Positions 14,101 to 25,844 of a stretch of 64,000 nucleotides of DNA are shown here, one piece after another (the stretch's first letter is position 1; every line of letters starts with the position of its first letter). A program made the position numbers and the translations under genes. The notes below the pieces were generated by a model. The model searched no databases. It was not told the DNA's origin and was given only the letters and a program-made list of their open reading frames with translations. The stretch is from Lingula anatina. Its lineage: Eukaryota > Animalia > Brachiopoda. The stretch covers positions 69,976,788 to 70,040,787 of the forward strand of contig CM120640.1 in the NCBI GenBank assembly GCA_051362555.1, given 5' to 3'.

Positions 14101-17100
14101 TAGCCTAAGCGAAAACTGGCATACCTCGTCAGTCTTTCCCATTGTCAGGTGTATTTGCCCACACTTTATAGCATTGATGATTTAACATTGATCTAAGGTC
14201 ACCTAGGTACAGACTGGAAATACACTTTGGCTTATTATAACTATAGAAAAATCTCCATCTTTTTGTTCAGTCATTTCTGTAATAACAGTAATCTAGTACA
14301 GCTCAAATATCAACACAGTCAAAGAGTTGAGACAATGCATTTGATCAGGCTTCTTATTGATCAGTCACTGCCTTTGTCTATCAAAATAATTGAGACCTCA
14401 GGCCATAACAGGACCCAAAACATTTATTCCCTTTGTCTGCCAAAACTGGAAACCTAACTCAGGCCAAGCGGCATTCAAAAACTGTTCTCCCCTTACAAAC
14501 ACGTGCCTGTACATTACTAGCATCCCCGTGTGGCTGCCGAGTGTGGACGTGTACACACGCCCGGATTGTGCACAATTTGCTGCTTTGTTGACTTTGTATG
14601 CACGCTTTTCAGGTCAGACGGGGGCCCAGACGTACTGACATCACAGCTCACTGACCTGGTGATGATATATTCTAATTGCTCCAATGCCAATGCCCTGATC
14701 ACTTCAGCTGCTCTATCTATCCTACCACTTCACTTCCCATATATACCTATGCTCTGATTAGTATGATAAACTGTGCAGTCAGTATTTGTGTTGTACCAAC
14801 ATTGTCTGCATGTTCAGTTCTTTATTTTGTGTTCAGTAAATTCATATATGCTAAATACTATGCACACTGAAAAGAAGATAGACGTTCAATGAACTTAGCA
14901 ATATCATACATCTATTCACCCAGATATTGCATGAAAATAATGTACAGTTTTGATCAGCTTAGACTAATGACAGAGGCTCCTTGTAATCAGAAATTCCATT
15001 GTAGCTGTTGAAGTATTGACTGTAGAGCATTGGCTTTCATCAGATCCTTTTATGACTCCAAGGTGAAGCACATTTCTCTTCAAAAAGGAAACAAATGAAG
15101 AGCTATTAATGCCACTTAAGACAACTCATTGTTAAAATGCCAGACACTGAACAGTGTCAATTTCTAGTAAACTATTACCTTTATGTAAATGAATATTTAT
15201 GTCTGCTTTCTTTAATTTTTCAGTGCACAATCATACAGATAAATGTAAGTCACTACAACCGCAAACCTTACTGAAACCATCCACTTGTGTATCAAAGTAA
15301 TCAGGCAAGAAATGTCTTTTTCCCTCTAAATAGATCTTTTTCAATGTCTCAAAGACCTAGTTTAAATGTGAATTTTGTATAGGTAACTCAGAGGAACTTA
15401 AACAATTAACAGCATTTCACAGTAATATATATATATAATCTCAACATCATGAGGGTATCACATGTTTCATTAAGATGCTTTACTCTGTGGCCTTCTGCTA
15501 CAGAACATAACACAAAATATTGTTTTTGCTGTGAGCAGGCACTGAAGAGAAGGACCACAAAGAGTCTGGTCATCAGCATGGAGTCTATTGTACTAATTTG
15601 TACTAATTCAACAGCAATTTGGCTGTCTACCAACCTCTACGGTCCACCTCCCCTTACCAAAGCAGTGCAGGCCAATTCATAGAACTTCAAAAAAAGGGTT
15701 ATGGGTATATTTCAGATATAATAATCAATGGATTCAGTGACCTTAAACATACATACATTTAATAGTTACGTACACTGGCTTTGTCATTATGTTATTTCAG
15801 TAATGCATGTCACTAAGCTTGAAAGAGACCTTTAAATGTATAGGGTATATATGGATCAGCTTCACACTTTCTACCTCCCAGTTCTTTACATGATTTTGCA
15901 TACTGCACTTCTCTCTTCAGTGAGAGCCATTGATTCTTTTTACAGTAATCTTTTAATTAAAAAATTAGTAAAAATTCTCTTTGAAATGATGTAAAAATAA
16001 TTGTATGGGCATTCTGTTAAAATAAATAGTACATCCAAAAGCCTTGTCCCCTGACAAAAAGCACATTCATTCAGAAACATGAGAAAGATAAAATATGCAT
16101 TGTTGGTTGTTCCTACCTGCTCTGCTGTTCATCTGAGAAAAATGCACTTTTGTAAATTCTTGTACCTGAATAATTGTGGCATTAGTGTTGGTGATGCGTT
16201 GACAAGACGACGTCTCCGCACATACTTCAGCTTGCCACAGTCAGCAGACAGCATGCAGGGGCAGAGGCAAATCATGACGTTTTCTGTGAAATTATTGAAG
16301 CTAAAAGTGTTGTGTTACAAAAGTTGGTGCTGACATTAGATGTAACCCTATGAGTCTCTTCTTTCTCTAACTATACAAATATGAGAAACATTCAAAAATA
16401 ATAGTTCATGCATCATAAGATACACGGAAGGCTCCCATTTACTACTAAGGCTGTTCCATGAACAATAGGACATTATATTAAGATTTGACAAATTATTTTC
16501 ACAGAAACTTGCATTCTGTATCTCCATTAATAGTGACTGGAAATAGTCACAGTAAAGAAGGGGTACACAAGCAAATGAAAATTGCTTTGCATCAAACATG
16601 GGAGAGATCATATTCTAACCTAAGAAACCTTATTATAGCACCAAGGTGATCATTTAAGATATAAATTGCATTTTGGCAAGTACTCTGCAAGCAAGTATCA
16701 AATTACCTTGGAAGCTCATGGCTTCTATGCTAACTGATCAGCCACAAATAACTCCTGCATTAAAACACCAAACACAACATGTATACAATCATATTTCTTC
16801 CAACTAATTCCACTTTACACAGGAGAAACATCGACCTTACATGACAAATCCTCTCTATAGTCACTTCTAATAGAAAACAGTCTAAAAGTTTTTTGTTACG
16901 TTAATCTATGATCTGCTTTTTCCCCCCGTTTTCCTGTTTTATGATCTCCACCTGAAGAAGGCAATTTCAGGTTTCACACAATAATTAATAATCCTGGAAA
17001 CCTTCAGTGAGAAACATAATTTGGAATCTGTACTTTTTTTTGCTCGCTCCATACTTCAAGAGGATATGTTTTACAGCGACAGATAAAACCCTCACTTATG

Positions 17101-17331
17101 TAACTGCTGTTTTCATACATTGTATGCATACCCTTCTACTACCTACACACCGAGTTTTTCATTGTATGGGGTCCTACAACCACAAACATACTAGTATGTA
17201 AGACTACACACATGCACATGCACAAGCATGCGCACACACACACCAGCCCTTACACAAAGTTCAAACACAAATTTCTGGTTTAAGTACTTAAAGTGAATAA
17301 AATGAAAGTTCTTTTAATCAAGAATATGACT

Positions 17332-17369
<38 letters not shown>

Positions 17370-19871
17370 CTTGTTGACCTCTAAACTTGACCTGGTAAAT
17401 TCAAACGAATGTCTTCATCTTAAAATGGAAGTAGGAAAGTTGAAAAAAAAAATGTCTTTTTGATACTGATATCATCATAAAATACTGGCAACAAAAGAAA
17501 AGTTGCATTTGGCTGAGAAAAACAAGAGAGAACCCTCATAACTCGTGGAGTCCTGGCCAACAGATAAAAGTGGCACTTTTTAAATTTCATCTTGGAAAAA
17601 AAAGGCTAACAAAGAAGAGAAAGAAATGAGCCTGTACTCAAATCCTCAGCATGATGGTTTAACATATACTGGTGTAACTATCAGAACATGCCAACTGGGC
17701 AAAGCCACACATTAGGTCCTTTTAACTTGCACAGCAAAAAAATGAAACCTTTCCTGATCAAAGAAAAACCTCCCGTTATGTCCCATACCTTCTTTCGAGC
17801 CTTTCCAAGTAGAAGTGCTTAGTGCACATTATTATCAAAGTGCTTACATCTTGGTATTTCTGTGCATTTCAAGGTTTTGAAGAAGATTCCTTTTACATTG
17901 GCTTTTAATGGCTAACTCCCTTGTGAAAGGTTTAATCCTATTATAAAAGGTTAACCTATATGGTTTCAAAATGTGTAGAAAACAAGATTGTTGGGGCGCG
18001 GGAGGGGATATGATAATGTTGTCAACTGGAGAAAAAAATAATTAATCACATAAATCCTAAAAACCTACAACTTTGCAAATCAAATTTATGAAACTGGCTA
18101 AGAACTATAAGTGCCCAGCACTATACTGCACATTTGTAAGGAAGACAGGTTTTCCAGTTACCTAATTTTCACATTAAAAGTCCTACCCTGGAAGTGATAA
18201 AAACCTGACACTATAATCAGACATACCAGAAACCCAATTTCCTTCCTAAAAACCATGCTGCTGCAGGTGGAAGAGAACCTTTGAACTGCTTTGTTCCTAT
18301 GAAATGTCTCAGTCTTACTACACATGACATGATGTGCAGAGCTAGATTGACCTGCTTCTATCTGATAACATATATTTACCTGCTGTAGGGTCACTCGGGG
18401 TAAGTTTAAAACACTTGACCCGTTTCATTGTGAAACTTTATAGCAATCAATTAAAAACAAAAACACTGGTTTACCTTCCTGTTTGACAGGTCAGGGCGCT
18501 TTAAACCCATCCTAATTTTTTAGGCTAATGATCAAATTAAACTTCAATTAACCTCCAGTTAAAACTGTAAGAATTATTCTAACAGAACAGGAAACAAGTA
18601 TACTCTGTAGCTTATCGGCAATCAAAACGTTAAGTGACAAAATCCACCCACTATCTTATTATTCAACAAGACCAGTCTGATGTATTTCACTTACTGGCAG
18701 TAACGATCTTTTTCCAATATACAAAATGAATTTGAATAATGACTGTGTGAGAAGCAGAGACAATGCATAAAGTGCTGACTGTTGTTCAATATCTTCAATA
18801 ATTCATAGATAAAGTCTGGTACCTATGCTTAAAATACACTATTCATCTGTATTTTCGGCAAACCTAATATTTTAGCAGGAAGATAAATCTTATTTCTCTT
18901 TGTTATACACACTGCCCTTATTGGCCTTTCTTTACCAGGAATGACACCAGAGATGAATTAAAATGAAAAGAGTAGGAACGCTAACCACAAATGAACAGGT
19001 CCTTTTCACTTATATAAAAAATGCTTCAGGCTTTCTTATTCTAATGGGGAAGATGGTTATTAACACTTAAAAATGTGAATTGTTTTTGTTCACATTCTTC
19101 AATCTCAACAAAAATTAACTTAAAAAATTAATAAAAACTTCAAACTTAGCTGAACACATAACATAATGTATGAAATTAATGAAACAGAAAAATCACCCAG
19201 GTAATCACACATAACTGGCCCCTTTTTTTGTAAAAACTAATCTCAGCCAACTTATCTTGTCCTTGTTACAAGTTTAAAAAATAACCAACTAAAAAAAATG
19301 GTCGTTTTTGCCAGTAATGGTCAACAGCTTTGTATTTAAGTCGTCTCTACTGTAGCCAGCAATCCGTACAGTGTTAATCCTGCCAGGGGCACCACGCATT
19401 GCATGCAACCAGCTTTCTGCAGTTCAAATCTATTATTTACACACCACCTCGCACAGCATACCAACTGAAGAAAAAATTACCTAATAAATTTTAACGAAAT
19501 CTGCCAATCGAGAAAACTAAGCCCTTGTGTACTATGCTAGAAACTTACTCTATAGTTTCTTCTGTTTTATCAGCCTGAGATTGCCTCCTTTTTCTCTTCC
19601 CTTCAAGAGCTATACAATTTCTTCGTACGCGAGATCGAAGTGTTGGTATGGAAGGTTTTGTGAGTTTTGAGAGGCCCCCATTAACACGAACTAACTCCTC
19701 AGTTTTATCCAGGTTACATTCCACCGATTTCGTTGCCTTTTCGCCACGATGGTAACCAGTATGAAATCCATTCCTCTTGCACATTTGGGCGATGGCATGC
19801 ACATGGTTAGTGTAATCAGCATCGTTTTTCCTTCCCCTATTGTCCTCCACGCTCTCCTCCTGGCTCGCCAT
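8121..19871 (-). CDS. AEBP2: Zinc finger protein AEBP2/jing (PRC2 accessory subunit), partial. Exons 19871-19549, 10872-10067, 8245-8121; the last exons were not found and probably lie left of the window
   Basis: Three C2H2 fingers ([68 protein letters not shown]) are followed by a basic KKKKTRRKR patch. The next exon reads IKTADFFDS...GAGNTVTFHST, matching AEBP2 'HDFFD...GHSVVFHST'. GT-AG junctions keep the frame (phase 2, then phase 1). Confidence 0.9.
12943..13119. repeat. 53-bp tandem repeat, about 3.3 copies
   Basis: ATTCAAAAACTTATGTTCAATGAACTAAGCAATAATGTG repeated with period 53. Confidence 0.9.
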
Positions 19872-20037
19872 CTCGGCCTGCAGTCTACGTCACGAAATCC
19901 CGAGCACTTGCTCTGACGTCATCGCTAAGTGAGGGATTTCCCAGACGGGGTGATTCACAAATCTTGTCTTATTTTTTTGTGTTTTTGTTTAAGGATGACC
20001 TGTTCGCGACCGCAGAAGAAATAAGATAACATCGCAG
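19872..20037. promoter_or_regulatory. Bidirectional promoter of AEBP2 and the NEF1-like gene, including a probable non-coding first exon of the plus-strand gene (donor after 20037)
   Basis: CpG-containing island between divergent genes, with CRE TGACGTCA at 19914-19921, kB-like GGGATTTCCC at 19933-19942, YY1-like AGATGGCG over the AEBP2 ATG, and donor CAG|GTTTGT at 20037. Confidence 0.6.
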
Positions 20038-20608
20038 GTTTGTATAGTTCTGCTGTTAGTTGTGTCGTGTTTAAGGCGGTGCGTAAATGTTATGCGCGAA
20101 ATGAAACACGCTTCCGTGCTTTCAAATCCATCTAACTTCTAAGACGGAGGCGGCGTACGCTTGCACTCCAAGGAAAAGGGCAGACATAGCCAGCGGCTGT
20201 GTTAGGGGTGATTAGGGTTAGCGACTTCTAGAAGTGCTTCTTTAGCTAAAGAGGGCAGGGATAAGTGTGAACCATATGTTGGTGTTCACGGTTGGATGCT
20301 TAGGGTGCAGTTGGTGAACTGGATAACAAGGGATGCATTAGAACACGTTCTTGTAGTGCAAGTCGTTTTGAACAAGCTTTAAGACCTAGACCTGCGTGAA
20401 AACCTGCATCAAAAATAACATCAGTTTGCAAAATGTGAAAAGATCTTAAAATTGAGGAGAATATTACTTATTACCCATTACCTATAGACCTGCTTGGCTG
20501 CACCGCAGGTACATGTAAAATGACCTCTCCATAACCATCATTATAGTTATTTAGCCCCACCATTTTCAATAGCTGAAGGTGTGTATATATTATTTCTTTA
20601 TTGCAGAG

Positions 20609-22859
20609 ATGCATCAAAGGACTAGTGCCCCAGCTCAGGATGACCAGGACGCTGGTGACCAGGTACAGCACAGGAGACGACAACAGCCAGAGTGGTTTGA
20701 ACACAGGCAGTTCCAGTACAATGGACGGCTGGTGCTGCCCTTCCTACCTGGACTGGTCATCATGGTTTATCTGGGCGGTGAAGTGTAAGAGCTTTTTAAA
20801 CATATTTCTTTGCCTGTCTGGGTAAGGTCCATGAAGGTCAATCTGTGAAATGATGTGAATATTTACAAGATTTACCTGTATGAACTTCACCATATATGGA
20901 CTGTTGATTTTATTATCAAGCAATGTCTGTGACATCATAGACAACGCAATTAAAATGATTGTTTTTTGATTCCTCAAACCTCATTTGGTAATGTATATGT
21001 AAACAATTTTTTGTGACAAATGACAATTCAAAAAAGGATAAATATTATGGATTGTGAATAATGATAATTTAGTAGTGTACCTGCATAGTCTCGTTTATGG
21101 ATAACACATTTGTAAAATAGAGCTATATATCCATAGCCCTGCAAATAATTCCGTTCTTTATTGTTTATTTATTTATTTGTTTGTTTGTTTGATTGTTTTA
21201 GCTAGAGGCAATATCCCAAATTCTTGTCTTTATATGTTTTTTAATTTAATTTCAGATTGCTTGGTATAGCTTCTGTGGGTGCATGTCTAATTCACATTCT
21301 TGATAGTGTTGGACAGAAAAGAAAGTAAGTGACACATTGTGGAATTGATGAAAAGCTGCCAGGAACCAGCAGTATTTACCTGGCTGGATTCAGAGCCACC
21401 ATTGTTTAGCTGGCTGGACTGTTTCTTAAGTCACTTTAAAGAGAAAACTATATTTTTGACTGGATGGAGCAATAATAGAAAGGAATACAAGTTATATCAA
21501 TGTCTGATTTTTGCTAACATTTAAAAGGTTGACATCGGCTGCATTGGCAACCAGTTGATCCCTGGAATTACTAGTCCGCTGATCAGATATGCCCGCATTT
21601 GACAATGGATTCCCACCTCCCACATTCTGTCCCAGCAGGGACTGAGCAATTAAATCTCAATTAAATCTGAGCAATTAAATCTCAGTGGGTTGTGCCATAT
21701 TTTATACACAAACTAGTAAGTCCCTGGATCAACTGGTTTTGAATGTACCCATTATGAGTACTGAGAGCATTCAAGTTGTAAATGAATTACAATCTCTAAG
21801 GCTTCGTTCACATGCAATGTCTATTTTCTAAATTCTATTTTCTATTTGCGCTATCTTATGATCACGGTCAGTGCCCTGAATATCCCGCCGCGTAATTACT
21901 GGCAGCGCGAGCCAGTTACTTATAGTAACGTATAGTAACTGGCTCGCGCTGCCAGTAATTACGCCGCGGGATATTCAGTGCACAGACCGTGATCATAAGA
22001 CATACCGCAAATAGAAAATAGAATTTAGAAAATAGACATTGCATGTGAACGAAGCCTAATTATCTTCCCAAATATTCTATGGTTGTATGTTCTCATTTCT
22101 AGTGCCCTCATTGCCTATGTTCTGACATTTGTCTGCTGCCAGATGACCATCTTCTACTCTGCTGTTCCCCTGGTCTGGTAAAGTCTGCTGGGCAGAAATA
22201 ATTCATGTCAATTACTAGGGCTGTGCTGGAATATTTTATTATTTTTTGTACCCTCTGAACATTTTTGGCAAAATTAAAAGTATTGTCAGGGTAAATAAAA
22301 TTTTGCCAACTTCAAAGACACAAGGTATTTTGGCAGAAATGTGTAATTAGCATCAGCTCGAGAATTATAAATTGGAACGGGGGATGAAATAATTTATACA
22401 TTTCATTATGGACATGGGGCACTCTATTACAAAGTGATGAATATACTAATGTAATTTTTCATTAAAAGTGTATCATTCAAAAGAACTGTTGCTTTATATA
22501 AAAATTCACTGTATACTTGAATTGAGGTATTTATTCATTTAAAAGTCTTCCCTAAAACCATTTTATCCAAACCAACTGTCTTACATATAGCAAGAGTGGA
22601 TGTACTTTACTTTCATGTTTTTATTTTCAGGCATTCTTTTTTCAATGTGTGTATCATCTCAGCCCTGAACATGCATGCTGTCATGACTGGAGGCTGGATT
22701 CTGCTGCAGTTTGATATTTTAATAGCAGAAGAACCAGAGTTGGCTAAGGTGAATATGAGAAACACTGTTAAATGGGCAATACTTAAATATCACAATCAGT
22801 CACCAACACTCCTGAACAAACACATAGACATGTGTCTGCACACACGCACACATACACAT

Positions 22860-22893
<34 letters not shown>

Positions 22894-23042
22894 AAATTAA
22901 AAAAGAATGTGCCACACCTGAACTTTCCATTAAAAAATTGGTTATGATATGGTCAGTATTCTCTTTTACCTTAGCACTCTGATTTTATTACTAATGCAAA
23001 ATGATTATTAATCAGGAGGGAGGGATGCCTTGAGCAATACTC

Positions 23043-23094
<52 letters not shown>

Positions 23095-25782
23095 GTTTAC
23101 ATGTCATGATGTCAGTTGATATACATTACATTTTCAGATCATCGAAATATTCCTGTTTACTGTGTATCCTTTTGTGTCAACAGTTTTATTAACATGGATG
23201 ACAGCCACCATGATAGAGATAAGCATTGCACCAATTTGTTTCTGTATCATAGGGTAGGTTATACTTGATTATAAAGAATGAAAGTCAGTGGAGAATACAG
23301 CATGAAGAATAAATAGTATAAAATCATATCTTATATCATATTGCACAGTTATGAAATTGTAGTTATTCATATAAAGATTGATAACAACAACCAAAAAAAA
23401 AGATGCTTAGAGAAAGAACATTTGAAATTTGATCATAGGCTCTGTTTTCAGTTTCATATTACTGCAACCATTCATGGTACCAACACGGTCCTCTTTTACC
23501 AAGGATACCACTGCCAGAGACCCCAAGGGGCAGGTGCTAGAACCTGAGACAGTTGCTCTTGTCTTGCTTGCTTACTTGACTACGCCACCTATGGTGCAAG
23601 TGGCTATCACTGCCTGGGAAGATAGATGGAGCCTTCTTCACCTCCAAAATATTGTAAATATGATGGCTTAAAACAGTTATTTATGGAATATTTGTCAGGA
23701 TATATTGTTGATTTGAAGCAGTCATTTCTGTAATGAGACAAGAACCAAATCCAACTAGTTTGTTTTTTAATAAACAACAACAATTTATATTGATTTTTTT
23801 TCTAATTTTTCTTATATGAAGTGTTTCAGTGTCTTTTTTTCAGATTTGTCTCATATTCCTAGTTTTCCTGAGTTTATTTCTTGGAACATTTCTCAGTATC
23901 AAGCAGGTCTTAGATTATGCAGGTAATATACATCTACATGTGTATACATGTTCCGAACAGTTATGTGTAGAAAGACTGTAATTAAAAATTGATTTTAAAA
24001 AGTAAAAAGGAAGATAAAATTTTTATCAGATTTTCTTTGCACATTTGTGTGTGTAAACACTTTTGTAATTTCCCACGAATTTTGAGAAAATTATTTGCTG
24101 AATAATTGTGTTTTGTTGTGGCGTAAACGGGAGTCACCTTGAACAACTTGCCAAGCTATCAGGTTGAACTTTGGAGGATTAACTGACACCATTCCTATAT
24201 TAAGTGGTGTTGACCTGGCATGATTATTAAGTTTGGCAGAAATATATCACTTTTGGAAGATATTAGGGAAATGCATTGGCCACATCTTAGATCCATTATC
24301 CAAGGGAACACTAATAGTAATATATCTCTTAGATTTTATTTTTTTAATATATATATATATATGTATTTTAATAAGATTGATTTTTAGTAGTGTAAATTTT
24401 AAATGGTTTCCAATGAGAGTTTAAAATTAAAATATTGTCATTTTAATGATTTTAGTATATTAGCCATTATTGTAAGGCACCTTGAGATAGAATGTAAGGC
24501 GCCATATAAGAATCTTATTACTATTATTATTATTATTAATTGTAATATTGGCCATTTAAAATAACTAACAAACAATAAATCTTTTCTTTCTTAGGAATAC
24601 AAGAAGTTCAGTTAGGAAGATTGAGGTGGTTTTCACTGGGTGTGGTACTGACCTTGTTAAACAATGTCCTTGGCAGATATGAGATGTCGTCTTATCTGTT
24701 GCCATGGTTACCAGTTGGCATTGGGCTTCATGCTGTATTTGCAATAACTTTACAAAAGAGAAAACATCTGGTATGCAAAAGGCAAAAGTATCAGTTGAGC
24801 ATTCTGACAAACATAAGTATTTTCTTTTTAGTTTTTTTTTCTAACTTGAGTTTTTAAGGTCAAAAGAAACAAACTGAATGTAATATTTTATTGCCTGATA
24901 TAATTATTATTTTGTCATTGTAGCCTCTGTCATGGCTGGTGTTTGGGTGTCTCCTGTTCTACTATGCAGTCATATTTTATCTTATGCCATGGAGGCTTGT
25001 GTATCCTTTGTGTTTGTTTGTGTGTGTGTATTGATTTGTGCTTTAAATAAGTGTATTCTTGTTTGTGTGTCTTGATCATTTAATAAAGACAAAAATATTC
25101 CAGATTAATCTGTATGTCTCAATATATGGGTAATTTATGTCTTTTCCCACAAACCCTATAGGCTACAGGCTATTGGTGCTTATGTCTGAAGGACTTTTTT
25201 TTCAAGTAGTCCACTTTCATCTTTAAATGAACAAATAGCATACCAGTCCTTGACTGACCAACAGCTACTATCTGCCCCGGGTAGGTCTCCACATTGACCT
25301 GGCCCTCTTGCTGGTTCTGTTGTCCATCGCCTTTACTCTTCTGACCACTCTGGCTGCAGTTGGGGACATTTTCGGACTGGTCATCATTTTGTGTGCTTCA
25401 GGTAATGTAATCTCTGCTCTGTTTTAATTGAAAACATTTGTATGAGTCTGTTTTAAAATGTGTGGGGTGAGGGAGGGGAGTGGAGGTCTTATCTCTCCAC
25501 CTATTGAAAACACATCAAGAATCATCATAAATCAAGTTTTCTGGAATCTCAGCTGTTGATATTTTTGTATTGTTATTCCGTTGATGCAAATTCAGTTTTA
25601 TATAGTCCATAATATATATATATATATATATCCCTGTGTGTGGTTCCAGTGTTTGTGATGTGTGAAGTGGTGCTGCAGGCAGGACATCTCTACAGTGCAC
25701 CGTTGTTAGCTGTCTCGGGGTTTTTGGCTTCATATGCTGTGATCAAGTAAGTCGACTACGTTATTATGTTCTTTGCCATGTG

Positions 25783-25844
<62 letters not shown>

